Under the pieces are notes generated by a model. It was not told the DNA's origin, did no database searches, and was given only the letters and a program-made list of their open reading frames with translations. Of a stretch of 64,000 nt of DNA, positions 1 through 8,501 are shown piece by piece. Position 1 is the stretch's first letter, and the number at the start of each line of letters is the position of its first letter. The DNA is from Candidatus Micrarchaeota archaeon. Lineage in GTDB: Archaea > Micrarchaeota > Micrarchaeia > Micrarchaeales > CABMGC01. The stretch is taken from NCBI GenBank assembly GCA_027319905.1, contig DAHVMJ010000003.1:1-64000 (forward strand), in the 5' to 3' direction. The translations under genes and the position numbers were made by a program.

Positions 1-1
1 C

Positions 2-1657
2 CCTGGCCGCGGACCCACGCTCGAGATACTCATCACGAAGCTGCGCAGGCTCTGCCCGCACGCCCAGCTCCTCGCGCTTAGCGCCACGATCGGCAACTCA
101 AAGGAACTCGCAGAGTGGCTGGGAGCCGAGCTGATCGAAAGCGATTACAGACCCGTGCGGCTCGAAAAAGGCGTGGCGTTCAACGGCCAGGCTTACTACC
201 TGGACCGCGAGGAAGACCTGGAGGGAACAAGTTCGACGCCAGAGATAAGGATACTCCAGGACACGCTCGAGCGCAAGAAGCAGATACTCATATTCTATGG
301 CACCAAGCGGAACGCGGAGGCCGGGGCCGAGAGGCTTTCGCAGATAACCAACGATGCGCTTACAGTAACGGAGCGCGCAAAGCTTGCCGAGCTCGGCGAC
401 GAGATACTGCATGCGCTCAGCAAACCCACCGTGCAGTGCGAGAAACTCGCCAGGGTCGTGGCGAAAGGCGCGGCATTCCACCACAGCGGACTGGTTAACG
501 CGCAGAGGCATGCGATAGAGAACGCGTTCAAATCCGGCCTGTTAAAGACCATATGCTCTACAACAACTTTGGGGTTCGGCGTGAACCTCCCAGCTCATAC
601 GGTGCTGATTCGGGACACGAGCAGGTACAGCGAGGGCGCTGGCTCTGAAAAGCTGAGCGTCAATGAGGTCACACAGCTCTTTGGCCGCGCGGGCAGACCG
701 AAGTACGACAGGGAGGGAAGGGCGCTGCTTATCGCGAAGGCGCATGCCGAGATAATGGACCTCTACGAGAGGTACATCAACGCAGACCTCGAGCCAATAA
801 GCTCCAAGCTCGGCGTTCAGCCCGTCCTGCGCATGCACACCCTTGCCTTTATCTCTTCCCGCATGTTCAAGACAAAGGAGGGCATACTCTCCTTCCTGAA
901 CGAGACCCTGTACGGCCACCAATTCTCAAACACGCGAGAACTCGAATCGATACTCACAGATGTGCTCAACGAACTCTGTACCTGGGGCTTTATAGAGAAA
1001 CGTGGCAGCATATACGAGCCCACGCGTATGGGCCAGAGGGTCAGCGAGCTCTACATAGACCCGATGTCGGCGAAGTGGCTTATAGACACGCTGCCAAAGA
1101 CTGGCGACGACGTCTCATACATGTTCGCAGTCTGCAACACCATAGAGATGAGGCCTCATGTGAGGGCCACGGAGGAGGCGAACGAGCTCTTCTTCAACTA
1201 CGAGAGCCTGCTGGAGAACTCGATAGTTAACTACGAGGCAGAGAGCTACTACGACCCGATAAAGCCGCTGAGCACGGCGCTGATGATGCGCGACTGGGCC
1301 AACGAGATACCCGAGAGGGAGCTCGTCAGAAAATACGGCACCACTCCAGGCACGCTCTTCGTCAAGCTGAACAACGCGGACTGGATGCTGTACGCGAGCT
1401 CTGAGATAGCGAAGCTGATGCATCTTGGCATAACAAAGCTGCTTGAGCTGCGCGTCAGGACCAAGTACGGCGTGAGGAAGGAGCTGCTCGACCTGATTCG
1501 CCTGGAGCAGGTCGGAAGGGTGAGGGCAAGAGTGATGTACGCAAACGGCATAAAACACGTCTCGGACCTGAGGCAACCTGGCTCGGCAGAGAAGGTGCAG
1601 AGGCTGTTCGGCAAGGAGGTCGCGAAAAGAATACTCGACCAGCTTCAAGGCGCATAG
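2..1657 (+). CDS. hel308: Hel308/Ski2-like SF2 DNA helicase (5'-partial, begins before window)
   Basis: Frame open from base 2 (…LLALSATIGN…DYRPV); motifs AFHHSGL, STTTLGFGVNLPA, QLFGRAGRP; C-terminal VGRVRAR helix-hairpin-helix. Confidence 0.9.
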   Translation, partial: PGRGPTLEILITKLRRLCPHAQLLALSATIGNSKELAEWLGAELIESDYRPVRLEKGVAFNGQAYYLDREEDLEGTSSTPEIRILQDTLERKKQILIFYGTKRNAEAGAERLSQITNDALTVTERAKLAELGDEILHALSKPTVQCEKLARVVAKGAAFHHSGLVNAQRHAIENAFKSGLLKTICSTTTLGFGVNLPAHTVLIRDTSRYSEGAGSEKLSVNEVTQLFGRAGRPKYDREGRALLIAKAHAEIMDLYERYINADLEPISSKLGVQPVLRMHTLAFISSRMFKTKEGILSFLNETLYGHQFSNTRELESILTDVLNELCTWGFIEKRGSIYEPTRMGQRVSELYIDPMSAKWLIDTLPKTGDDVSYMFAVCNTIEMRPHVRATEEANELFFNYESLLENSIVNYEAESYYDPIKPLSTALMMRDWANEIPERELVRKYGTTPGTLFVKLNNADWMLYASSEIAKLMHLGITKLLELRVRTKYGVRKELLDLIRLEQVGRVRARVMYANGIKHVSDLRQPGSAEKVQRLFGKEVAKRILDQLQGA

Positions 1658-1783
1658 CCCCTGCATATTTTTTGAGATAGGTGCGCTTCTCGCATAACGA
1701 CGGCAGATAAACCACTACCGACGCCGGAAAGAAAAGATTTAAAAGCAGATACATAGCATATAGTGATTGCGACCGGTGAAAGA

Positions 1784-2164
1784 ATGGGAGTTTTCGACAA
1801 ACTAGGCCAAGCATTTGGCGTTGCCTCGTCAAAGGATCTGAACATAGAAGAGTATATGAACTCGGCTGAGATGGAACAGGTTGACGTGATGCATGAACCT
1901 GCGGACATGTACGTCAAGCCCGTCTCTATATCAAGCGAGGAGGAGCTCAAGCTCATAGAGGATGAGCTCGCCAAGAAGAACATACTCTTGCTGAGCATAG
2001 AGGAGCTGGCGAAGAGGCCGAACACAAGGAACAGCGTGATAGCGCGCCTGAAGGACTATACCACGAAGATAAACGGCGACATAGCGCAGATAGACGACAC
2101 GCGCATCCTGATAACGCCAGCCAAGGTAAAGATAATAAAGAAGAAGAGAGCGGCGACGCAGTAG
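1784..2164 (+). CDS. sepF: Cell division protein SepF (DUF552)
   Basis: C-terminal 'GDIAQIDDTRILITPAKVKI' typical of archaeal SepF; ATG 1784 preferred over GTG 1763. Confidence 0.8.
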   Translation: MGVFDKLGQAFGVASSKDLNIEEYMNSAEMEQVDVMHEPADMYVKPVSISSEEELKLIEDELAKKNILLLSIEELAKRPNTRNSVIARLKDYTTKINGDIAQIDDTRILITPAKVKIIKKKRAATQ

Positions 2165-2854
2165 CTACTTCAGCGCTGTTATCAGCGCGTGCAGTTCCTG
2201 ACTGCTTGGTTGCGTGTTTCTCAGCATTCTCCTGAACACCCCTAGCACCGCCCTCTTGTTCCTTATATGTTTCCCGCTTATCATCCTACCGAAGAGCGCG
2301 AGCAGCGTCTGCATCTCTCCACTTTCAGGCCGCTTTGCACGCATGCCTTCGTCGCTGTATGCGCGCAGCTCCTCGTGCCTGAGAAGGTAGAGGAAGATGG
2401 CCAGCGCATGAGATACGTTCAGTACTGGATAGTCGGGGTTGGTGCCTATGTATGCCAGCATATCGCACTTCTCTATCTCCTCACCGTTCAGTCCGGTATC
2501 ATCCCTCCCGACGAGCAGGCCTACCCTTACATCTCCCCTCATCCTTTTCAGTCTCGAGACAGCGTCATCTGCAAGGTATATCCTCTTGAAGTTGGCCTTG
2601 GCCTTCTGCATTATGCCCGTAGTACCCACAAGCACGTCGCAGTCTCTGGTCGCCTCGTCCAGGCTCCTGTACACCCTGGCGTCCTCGAGAAGCTCGTACG
2701 CATGCTTTGCGTACATTCTCGCCTTCTTTCCGCGAAGGTTCGTTCTCGGGTTCACCACGTACATTTTCCCAAGCCCGAAGTTCTTCGCAGTTCGCGCCGC
2801 GTAGCCAAGATTGACCTGGTACTTAGGCTCAATCAGTATCACCTTTACTCGCAT
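2165..2854 (-). CDS. trmJ: SPOUT RNA 2'-O-methyltransferase, TrmJ/TrmH family
   Basis: 'EPKYQVNLGYAARTAKNFG', 'GRDDTGLNGEE', 'YPVLNVSHA' motifs. Confidence 0.8.
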   Translation of the reverse strand: MRVKVILIEPKYQVNLGYAARTAKNFGLGKMYVVNPRTNLRGKKARMYAKHAYELLEDARVYRSLDEATRDCDVLVGTTGIMQKAKANFKRIYLADDAVSRLKRMRGDVRVGLLVGRDDTGLNGEEIEKCDMLAYIGTNPDYPVLNVSHALAIFLYLLRHEELRAYSDEGMRAKRPESGEMQTLLALFGRMISGKHIRNKRAVLGVFRRMLRNTQPSSQELHALITALK

Positions 2855-2862
2855 GCAGGCGC

Positions 2863-3543
2863 CTAGATCAGGAAAGAGAACATCGAAGCAAGCGTTAGCG
2901 TGTTGACGAGCATGTGCGCTATGACCGATGGATACAGGGAATTGGTCCGTTTGAACACGTAGCCGGCAAGCAGGCCGAAGACAAACGCGGCGAGGAACTC
3001 GATCGCGAAAGTGGAGTCATAGGTGAGGTGCGGGATGGCGAATAGCAGCGCGCTTGCCGCCACGCCCAGGCGCGGGACCATGAGCCCCCTGAAGAGCACC
3101 TCTTCATTTACCGGCGCCAGCACCGAGGCGAAGAGGAGAAACCAGACCGGAGCCCCGGCGAATACCAGGGAGACGTTTGTGTTTATCTGCACGCCCGTGG
3201 TGCTGCTCACCAGAGTCACCACGATCTCAAGCGCGAAGATTATGAGGAATAGGAAGGCACCTATCAGGATGTTGCCGAGCGTCAGCTTGTCTCTGCCCAG
3301 CCCCAGCCTCTCGATGACCCCCTTCCTGCTCTTCTCGACCAGGTACAGGTATGTGACTGCCGTAGCTGAGAACGCGAGCGAGACGGCGGCGGTGGAAACG
3401 AAGCCCAGCGTGTTGTAGTCTATCGCAGAGGAGTAGTAAAGATATGCGGGAACAGCGTTGAAGAGTATCTGGAAAGCGAGAAATATCACTATGAAGTATA
3501 CGGCGCGTGTCACGCTCCTGGCCGGATCGCTCTTCTTTTGCAA
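2863..3543 (-). CDS. CPBP/Abi (type II CAAX) intramembrane metalloprotease
   Basis: EEVLFRG, FAIPH, HMLVN motifs; multiple TM helices; start re-set to TTG 3543 because the longer ORF overlaps eS31. Confidence 0.85.
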   Translation of the reverse strand: MQKKSDPARSVTRAVYFIVIFLAFQILFNAVPAYLYYSSAIDYNTLGFVSTAAVSLAFSATAVTYLYLVEKSRKGVIERLGLGRDKLTLGNILIGAFLFLIIFALEIVVTLVSSTTGVQINTNVSLVFAGAPVWFLLFASVLAPVNEEVLFRGLMVPRLGVAASALLFAIPHLTYDSTFAIEFLAAFVFGLLAGYVFKRTNSLYPSVIAHMLVNTLTLASMFSFLI

Positions 3544-3550
3544 AAGGAAT

Positions 3551-3715
3551 CTACCTTCCCTTCTCCTTCCACTCGGTATAGCCGCACCTGCCGCACGCGA
3601 ACCTGTTCTCATGGTCTGCCATACGCGACCCGCACTTAGGGCAGAACTTTGCAGCGGGCTTGTATGGCTTGAACTGCTTCTTTGTCTCCTTCTTCGCTCC
3701 CTTGTCCTCTGCCAT
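3551..3715 (-). CDS. rps27ae: 30S ribosomal protein S27ae (eS31)
   Basis: '[26 protein letters not shown]' zinc ribbon, follows eS24. Confidence 0.9.
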   Translation of the reverse strand: MAEDKGAKKETKKQFKPYKPAAKFCPKCGSRMADHENRFACGRCGYTEWKEKGR

Positions 3716-3728
3716 GCTAACCCCATTC

Positions 3729-4091
3729 CTACTTCTTCTCTGCCTCTCCCTCCTTCGCCGCTGGTGCCGCCGCGGTTGCGGTCTGCGGCTTCGCCTCCTT
3801 CTTGCCCTTCGCCTTCGGCCTCTCAAGCACGTGCTTCTGCGCCATTCTCATGGCCTCGGCGTCGTAGTACTCGTGCACGAGTACGCTGCCCTTCCTGCTT
3901 CCGTACAGCTGCCCCGCCCTCACGATCACCAGGTTATCCTGCTTCAGGTTTAGCTTGTCGGCGAGGCCCTTCTTGATCTCCTCCCTCGAAGGCGTTCCGC
4001 CGTCGAACTCGAGCGCCACACGCAGCTCCCTGCGCCTGAGAAGCTTGTTGTCAAAATCGTTCTCTATGTCTGCCTTGGTTATTGCCATCAT
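3729..4091 (-). CDS. rps24e: 30S ribosomal protein S24e (eS24)
   Basis: 'NKLLRRRE…[10 protein letters not shown]' signature; Ala/Lys-rich tail. Confidence 0.88.
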   Translation of the reverse strand: MMAITKADIENDFDNKLLRRRELRVALEFDGGTPSREEIKKGLADKLNLKQDNLVIVRAGQLYGSRKGSVLVHEYYDAEAMRMAQKHVLERPKAKGKKEAKPQTATAAAPAAKEGEAEKK

Positions 4092-4498
4092 CCTCCACCT
4101 ACAACTCTTGTTATCGCACGCCTTCCCATCGTCTCCAGCACCTCTACCTCTGCTCCTGCCTTTACCGACCCGCGCAGTTCCTCGGGCACCACGGACTCAA
4201 AGATTTCGTAGTTCTCCAGATCCATAAGCTGTGCGGTATTCTCAGTGATCGAGACCACCTGCGCCCTCTTCTTCTTTATCTCGGGCACCTCCACTTCTCC
4301 GTGACCGGAAAGCAGAAGGGTCTTCTTCGAGCCGTCGAAGATGCCTATGGCGGTTATTCTGGACTTCGCCGCACCGTGCTTCCCCGGCGCAGAGGTCTCT
4401 ATGTCGACTATCCTGCAGGGTATCCCGTCGATTATGATGAAGCTTCCCTTGCCTATCTCCTTCGCGGACTTAAGGTTGTAGTTCGTGTCCTCTGCCAA
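4088..4498 (-). CDS. eif5a: Translation factor aIF5A
   Basis: Hypusine loop 'SAPGKHGAAK'. Confidence 0.95.
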   Translation of the reverse strand: MAEDTNYNLKSAKEIGKGSFIIIDGIPCRIVDIETSAPGKHGAAKSRITAIGIFDGSKKTLLLSGHGEVEVPEIKKKRAQVVSITENTAQLMDLENYEIFESVVPEELRGSVKAGAEVEVLETMGRRAITRVVGGG

Positions 4499-4586
4499 AT
4501 AACCACGATAAAATTCAGATTAGATAAGTCAAGAAGGTTAAAAATACCTTGCGTGCCTCGCACACAAATAAAACGTGCGTTAGCGC

Positions 4587-5528
4587 CTATGGAGGCGTAT
4601 AATATGAGGTCCACTGGCTCGTATAGGTGACACTGTTGGGCACTCCGTTGTTGTTGTTTCCAGAGTAGTCGTTGGCATTTCCGTTCAGCGGCCACCAACC
4701 CACAAGATACTGCAGGTTTACCGGAGCACCGCCTATGCCCTCGTCATAGAGAGCACCGACTTCTGGGCCCGAGAGTGAGGCATTGTAGAGCTGTAGGTTC
4801 GCCATGTCCCCTACGAATGGTCCTCCGCCAGCGCCTTCATCATAAACATAACCTATTCCAAAATCTCCGTTTCCTCCTGTGTTTATGCCTGTTGCTATCG
4901 TGTTTGAGTCATAGACCTGATTATTGAAGCTGATGTACGCATAACCCGTTTGGCTGTTGTAGCTTGCTGCATAAAACACCCACGAACCTGAGTACTGATC
5001 CGGCACTCCGACGCAAGTGCCCGCGGGCCACTGAAAGGCACAAGTGCTGCCAACACCAAGCCCACAGTTATACCATGATGCGGGCGAGTAGAAGCCGCCG
5101 CATGCATTTCCTTGAATACAGATGTATCCAGCTATGCCCTGGTCACGCTGACATCCTTGTAAGAGGTAAAGCCATGCCGTGAATGTAAAGCTGCCCGTTA
5201 TGAGATTTGTTATGGACGGAGTTATTACATGGGATTGAACTCCGCCCTGCGAACCGCTTGCTGTATTAGTAGCGAAAACTCCTACATATTGCGGCAACTC
5301 TCCGCTGCACACTCCTTCAAGGTTGATGTACGTGGCTGTTTCAGGCCCATTCGGCCTGAAGACCTGGCATGCGCCCGGCGGAGCCCGAGGGGCGAAAGTA
5401 GAGGCGTTGAAGACGCCGAGCTGGAATAGGGCTCCGAGAACCACGGCGATGATGAGAATAGCCCATCCGTAGGTCATCAGGTACTCCATCGCGGACTGTG
5501 ATTTCTTGTTGCGTATCGAGCACACCAC
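4587..5528 (-). CDS. Class III signal-peptide (pilin-like) surface protein with LamG-like jellyroll domain
   Basis: KKS|QSAMEYLMTYGWAILII pilin-type N-terminus; 'FTFTAW', 'ANLQLYN.SLS', 'LVGWWPLNGNANDYSG' LamG-like motifs. Confidence 0.8.
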   Translation of the reverse strand: MVCSIRNKKSQSAMEYLMTYGWAILIIAVVLGALFQLGVFNASTFAPRAPPGACQVFRPNGPETATYINLEGVCSGELPQYVGVFATNTASGSQGGVQSHVITPSITNLITGSFTFTAWLYLLQGCQRDQGIAGYICIQGNACGGFYSPASWYNCGLGVGSTCAFQWPAGTCVGVPDQYSGSWVFYAASYNSQTGYAYISFNNQVYDSNTIATGINTGGNGDFGIGYVYDEGAGGGPFVGDMANLQLYNASLSGPEVGALYDEGIGGAPVNLQYLVGWWPLNGNANDYSGNNNNGVPNSVTYTSQWTSYYTPP

Positions 5529-5589
5529 AGATCTTGCACCAGCGCATTGCTAACGCTAAACTAGCAACAAAGGCATAAAAGCTCTACGC

Positions 5590-6615
5590 CTACCAGATCT
5601 GCTCTATGCTGTCCAGTCTGAGCCTCTCCACGTTCTCCAGCTTGGTCTTTAGTCCGAACTTCGCCTTCACACCGGTCACCACGCTCATGACGCGTATCTG
5701 GTCCCTGAGCTCCGGTATGAGCCTTGCGCCGAAGATCACGTTCGCGTCTGGCGCGAGCCCTTCAGTGACGCCCGCTCCTATCCTCGTCGCCTCCTCTATG
5801 GTGAGGTCTGCTCCTCCGGATACATGCACCAGTGCGCCCTTTGCTCCTTCGTAGTCGACGCTGAGCAGCGGATGCGTCCTTGTGGATCGTATGACCTGCT
5901 CTGCGCGGTCCGTACCGGTTCCGGTGCCTATGCTTATCACCGCTGTTCCGGTCCCCTTGACCACGGTCCTGAGGTCGGCGAAGTCCAGGTTGATCAGGCT
6001 TGGCAGCATTATCGTGTCTGCTATGCCCTTGACTGCGTTGCCTGTTATGTTGTCCGATAGCTCAAACGCCTTCTCCATCGGTAGGTTCGGCACGTAGTCG
6101 AGGAGTTTCTGGTTCTCTACCACTATCACCGCATCGGCTTCTTTGCTTAGCTGCTGCACTCCCCACTCCGCCTTGACCTTCCTGCTCCTCTCAAGGTCGA
6201 ACGGGAACGTGACCGTCGCTATTACAGTGGCTCCCATCTCCCTTGCCACTCTGGCCACAGTGGGCGAGGCTCCTGTCCCTGTTCCTCCTCCCATTCCGGC
6301 CGCGATAAAGACAAGGTTGTAGCCCTCGAGCACCTTTTCCAGGTCGCCCTTGCTGACGTCAGCACATTTTGCCGCAACTTCCGGGAATCCTCCAGCCCCG
6401 AGGCCGTTGGTTATCTCCCTGCCTATCAGCACCCTCTTGTGCGCCTTAACCACGTTGAGGTGCGCAAGGTCGGTGTTTATGGCTATCGTGTGCGCGCTCT
6501 TTATGCCGTTGCTGAAGAGCCTGTTCACAAGGTTGCTTCCCTGTCCTCCAACTCCCACCACCGCAACGCGCGGCGTGAATGAATCATAGTCGAATTCGTC
6601 TGCCATCCCATTCAC
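5590..6615 (-). CDS. ftsZ: Cell division protein FtsZ (paralog B)
   Basis: GMGGGTGTG tubulin signature, NLDFAD T7 loop. Confidence 0.93.
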   Translation of the reverse strand: MNGMADEFDYDSFTPRVAVVGVGGQGSNLVNRLFSNGIKSAHTIAINTDLAHLNVVKAHKRVLIGREITNGLGAGGFPEVAAKCADVSKGDLEKVLEGYNLVFIAAGMGGGTGTGASPTVARVAREMGATVIATVTFPFDLERSRKVKAEWGVQQLSKEADAVIVVENQKLLDYVPNLPMEKAFELSDNITGNAVKGIADTIMLPSLINLDFADLRTVVKGTGTAVISIGTGTGTDRAEQVIRSTRTHPLLSVDYEGAKGALVHVSGGADLTIEEATRIGAGVTEGLAPDANVIFGARLIPELRDQIRVMSVVTGVKAKFGLKTKLENVERLRLDSIEQIW

Positions 6616-7671
6616 CTATATCGCGTCAAGGCCCGCGTAGTTTGTTTCCTTCTTCTCCGCGAACTTGCCGAGTATGCTCTCTCCCTTGACACCTGTGACG
6701 ATTGCTACGATCTCGAGCTGGCCCTCATAGCCCGGCACGATCCTGGCGCCCCACTTGACAGTTGCCTTGGGGTCCATGCGCTCGGTGATTATCTCACCCG
6801 CCTTTATTGCGTCGCCCAGGGTAAGGTCGCTGGCTCCAGAGATGTGTATCAACGCTCCCTTCGCGTTCTCGAAGTCCACGTCAAGCAGCTTGTTCTTGAG
6901 CACAGACTCGCTCGCGCTCGTGACCTTGTCCGTTCCCTTGCCCGTGCCGACCGATATGAAGCCCACGTCTCCGCTTCCCATTATCGCGCGCACGTCAGCA
7001 AAGTCTATGTTGATCAGGCTCGGCTGCGTGATTGTCCACACAAGCCCTCCGATCGCCTTTGCAAGCACGTCGTCTGCCACAGCGAATGCCTCGTTCATGG
7101 GCAGGTTTGGCACAAGTCTGACCAATCTGTTGTTGTCGACTATGACCACGCTGTCGCAGTACTTCCTAAGATTCTGTATGCCCTCCTCGGCCTTGACCTT
7201 CCTGACTCGCTCAAGGTCGAACGGGTATGTTACCATCGCCACAACTATGGCTCCGGTCTCCTTCGCTATCTGCGCTATCACAGGAGCGGCTCCGGTTCCC
7301 GTGCCTCCTCCCATTCCCGCGCACAGGAATACGAGCTGCGAGCCGGAAAGCACCTCTTCGAGCACCTGCCTGTCAACTTCCGCGGCCTTGATGCCCACGC
7401 TCGGGTCTCCGCCCGCTCCCAATCCTTTCGTTATGGTTTTACCTATAAGCACTTTCTTTATACGGTCATCCACTATCTTGAAGTGAGTGACATCGGTGTT
7501 TACCGCAACCAACTCTGTTCCCTTGACTCCAACCTTCAGGAGTCGGTTGACAGTGTTGTTTCCTGCTCCGCCTACTCCGATCGTGACTATCTTTATCTGT
7601 GGAGTAGCACCCGAACCGCTGGTACCCAAGAATTCTGTTCCAAAGTCGCCCATCTGATCGCCAATTATCAT
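6616..7671 (-). CDS. ftsZ: Cell division protein FtsZ (paralog A)
   Basis: GVGGAGNN, GMGGGTGTG, NIDFAD motifs. Confidence 0.95.
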   Translation of the reverse strand: MIIGDQMGDFGTEFLGTSGSGATPQIKIVTIGVGGAGNNTVNRLLKVGVKGTELVAVNTDVTHFKIVDDRIKKVLIGKTITKGLGAGGDPSVGIKAAEVDRQVLEEVLSGSQLVFLCAGMGGGTGTGAAPVIAQIAKETGAIVVAMVTYPFDLERVRKVKAEEGIQNLRKYCDSVVIVDNNRLVRLVPNLPMNEAFAVADDVLAKAIGGLVWTITQPSLINIDFADVRAIMGSGDVGFISVGTGKGTDKVTSASESVLKNKLLDVDFENAKGALIHISGASDLTLGDAIKAGEIITERMDPKATVKWGARIVPGYEGQLEIVAIVTGVKGESILGKFAEKKETNYAGLDAI

Positions 7672-7816
7672 CTTGCAATTAAGTTTAAATATCTTCTGTA
7701 GCCGTCGAGTTTATAAAGATGCTGAAACTTGCGGTATATATGCTGTTATCTGGTATATGGCACATATATCTGAGTATATGATTTGGTAGCTGAATCTTGC
7801 CAAAAATCAGCGGTTT

Positions 7817-8428
7817 TTAGGCCCTTGCGACCCGTCTTACCGTTTCATCAAATGTTTCAGTTGTGGCCACGTTCGTTATGTATGCGCCTCCAACCGCACG
7901 CACATAAAGGGAGTTGTGCATCTTGCTGAATAGTACCACGTTTCGGCGCGAACCCCGTCTTATCTCATCTTTGGTCTCCCACGGACTGTCATTTACTGGT
8001 ATCACGCACTTGCCCGGGTTCTTCTTCATCACCTCTAGCGTGTCCTCTGCCTTCTTATCTGAGTCGCAGTGTCTGGCTTCGACGACCAGTCCGTTCTCCG
8101 CCAATAGGTTCTGTATGCGCTGCGAATGGCCGTTTGAGGTGCGCATTACTATCTCTACTCCGTCCTCTTTATGTCTCTTCAGTGTTTCAATCAGCTCCTT
8201 GTCCAGCATCTGGCTCGAGAGCTCAGAGTTCTCCACGTGCTTCTTTCCAGCACCCGTTATGTCTCCGAACATGAAGAGTATGTTGGCCGCTACCCTGGCC
8301 ATCCTCTCGTGCCTTCTCAGGACAGGCTGCAACCGTGCCTCTATCTTCGGCATAACCGTGTTGCCTACTGTTCCGTCGAAGTCAACGAGCTCAATCACGT
8401 GCTTCATGCCCTGTCTGGCTCTTTCCAT
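7817..8428 (-). CDS. Hypothetical protein, divergent HAD-like hydrolase
   Basis: N-terminal DFDGT motif I, 'MRTSN' motif II-like, 'NDSPWE' motif IV-like. Confidence 0.5.
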   Translation of the reverse strand: MERARQGMKHVIELVDFDGTVGNTVMPKIEARLQPVLRRHERMARVAANILFMFGDITGAGKKHVENSELSSQMLDKELIETLKRHKEDGVEIVMRTSNGHSQRIQNLLAENGLVVEARHCDSDKKAEDTLEVMKKNPGKCVIPVNDSPWETKDEIRRGSRRNVVLFSKMHNSLYVRAVGGAYITNVATTETFDETVRRVARA

Positions 8429-8501
8429 GAAGTGGGTTCGGAAACAGCTTTTTAAATCAGTTGGCAGGGGCTACGGCTATCGTCTATTTTCCTCAAAGGC
8501 G

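Noticed and set aside
2863..3726. 287-aa version of the CAAX protease and 438-aa version of SufS (11037-12353)
   Set aside because: The extensions overlap eS31 and sufC respectively; shorter starts chosen
4587..5528. Diversity-generating retroelement target
   Set aside because: No reverse transcriptase and no template/variable repeat pair differing at adenines was seen in this window
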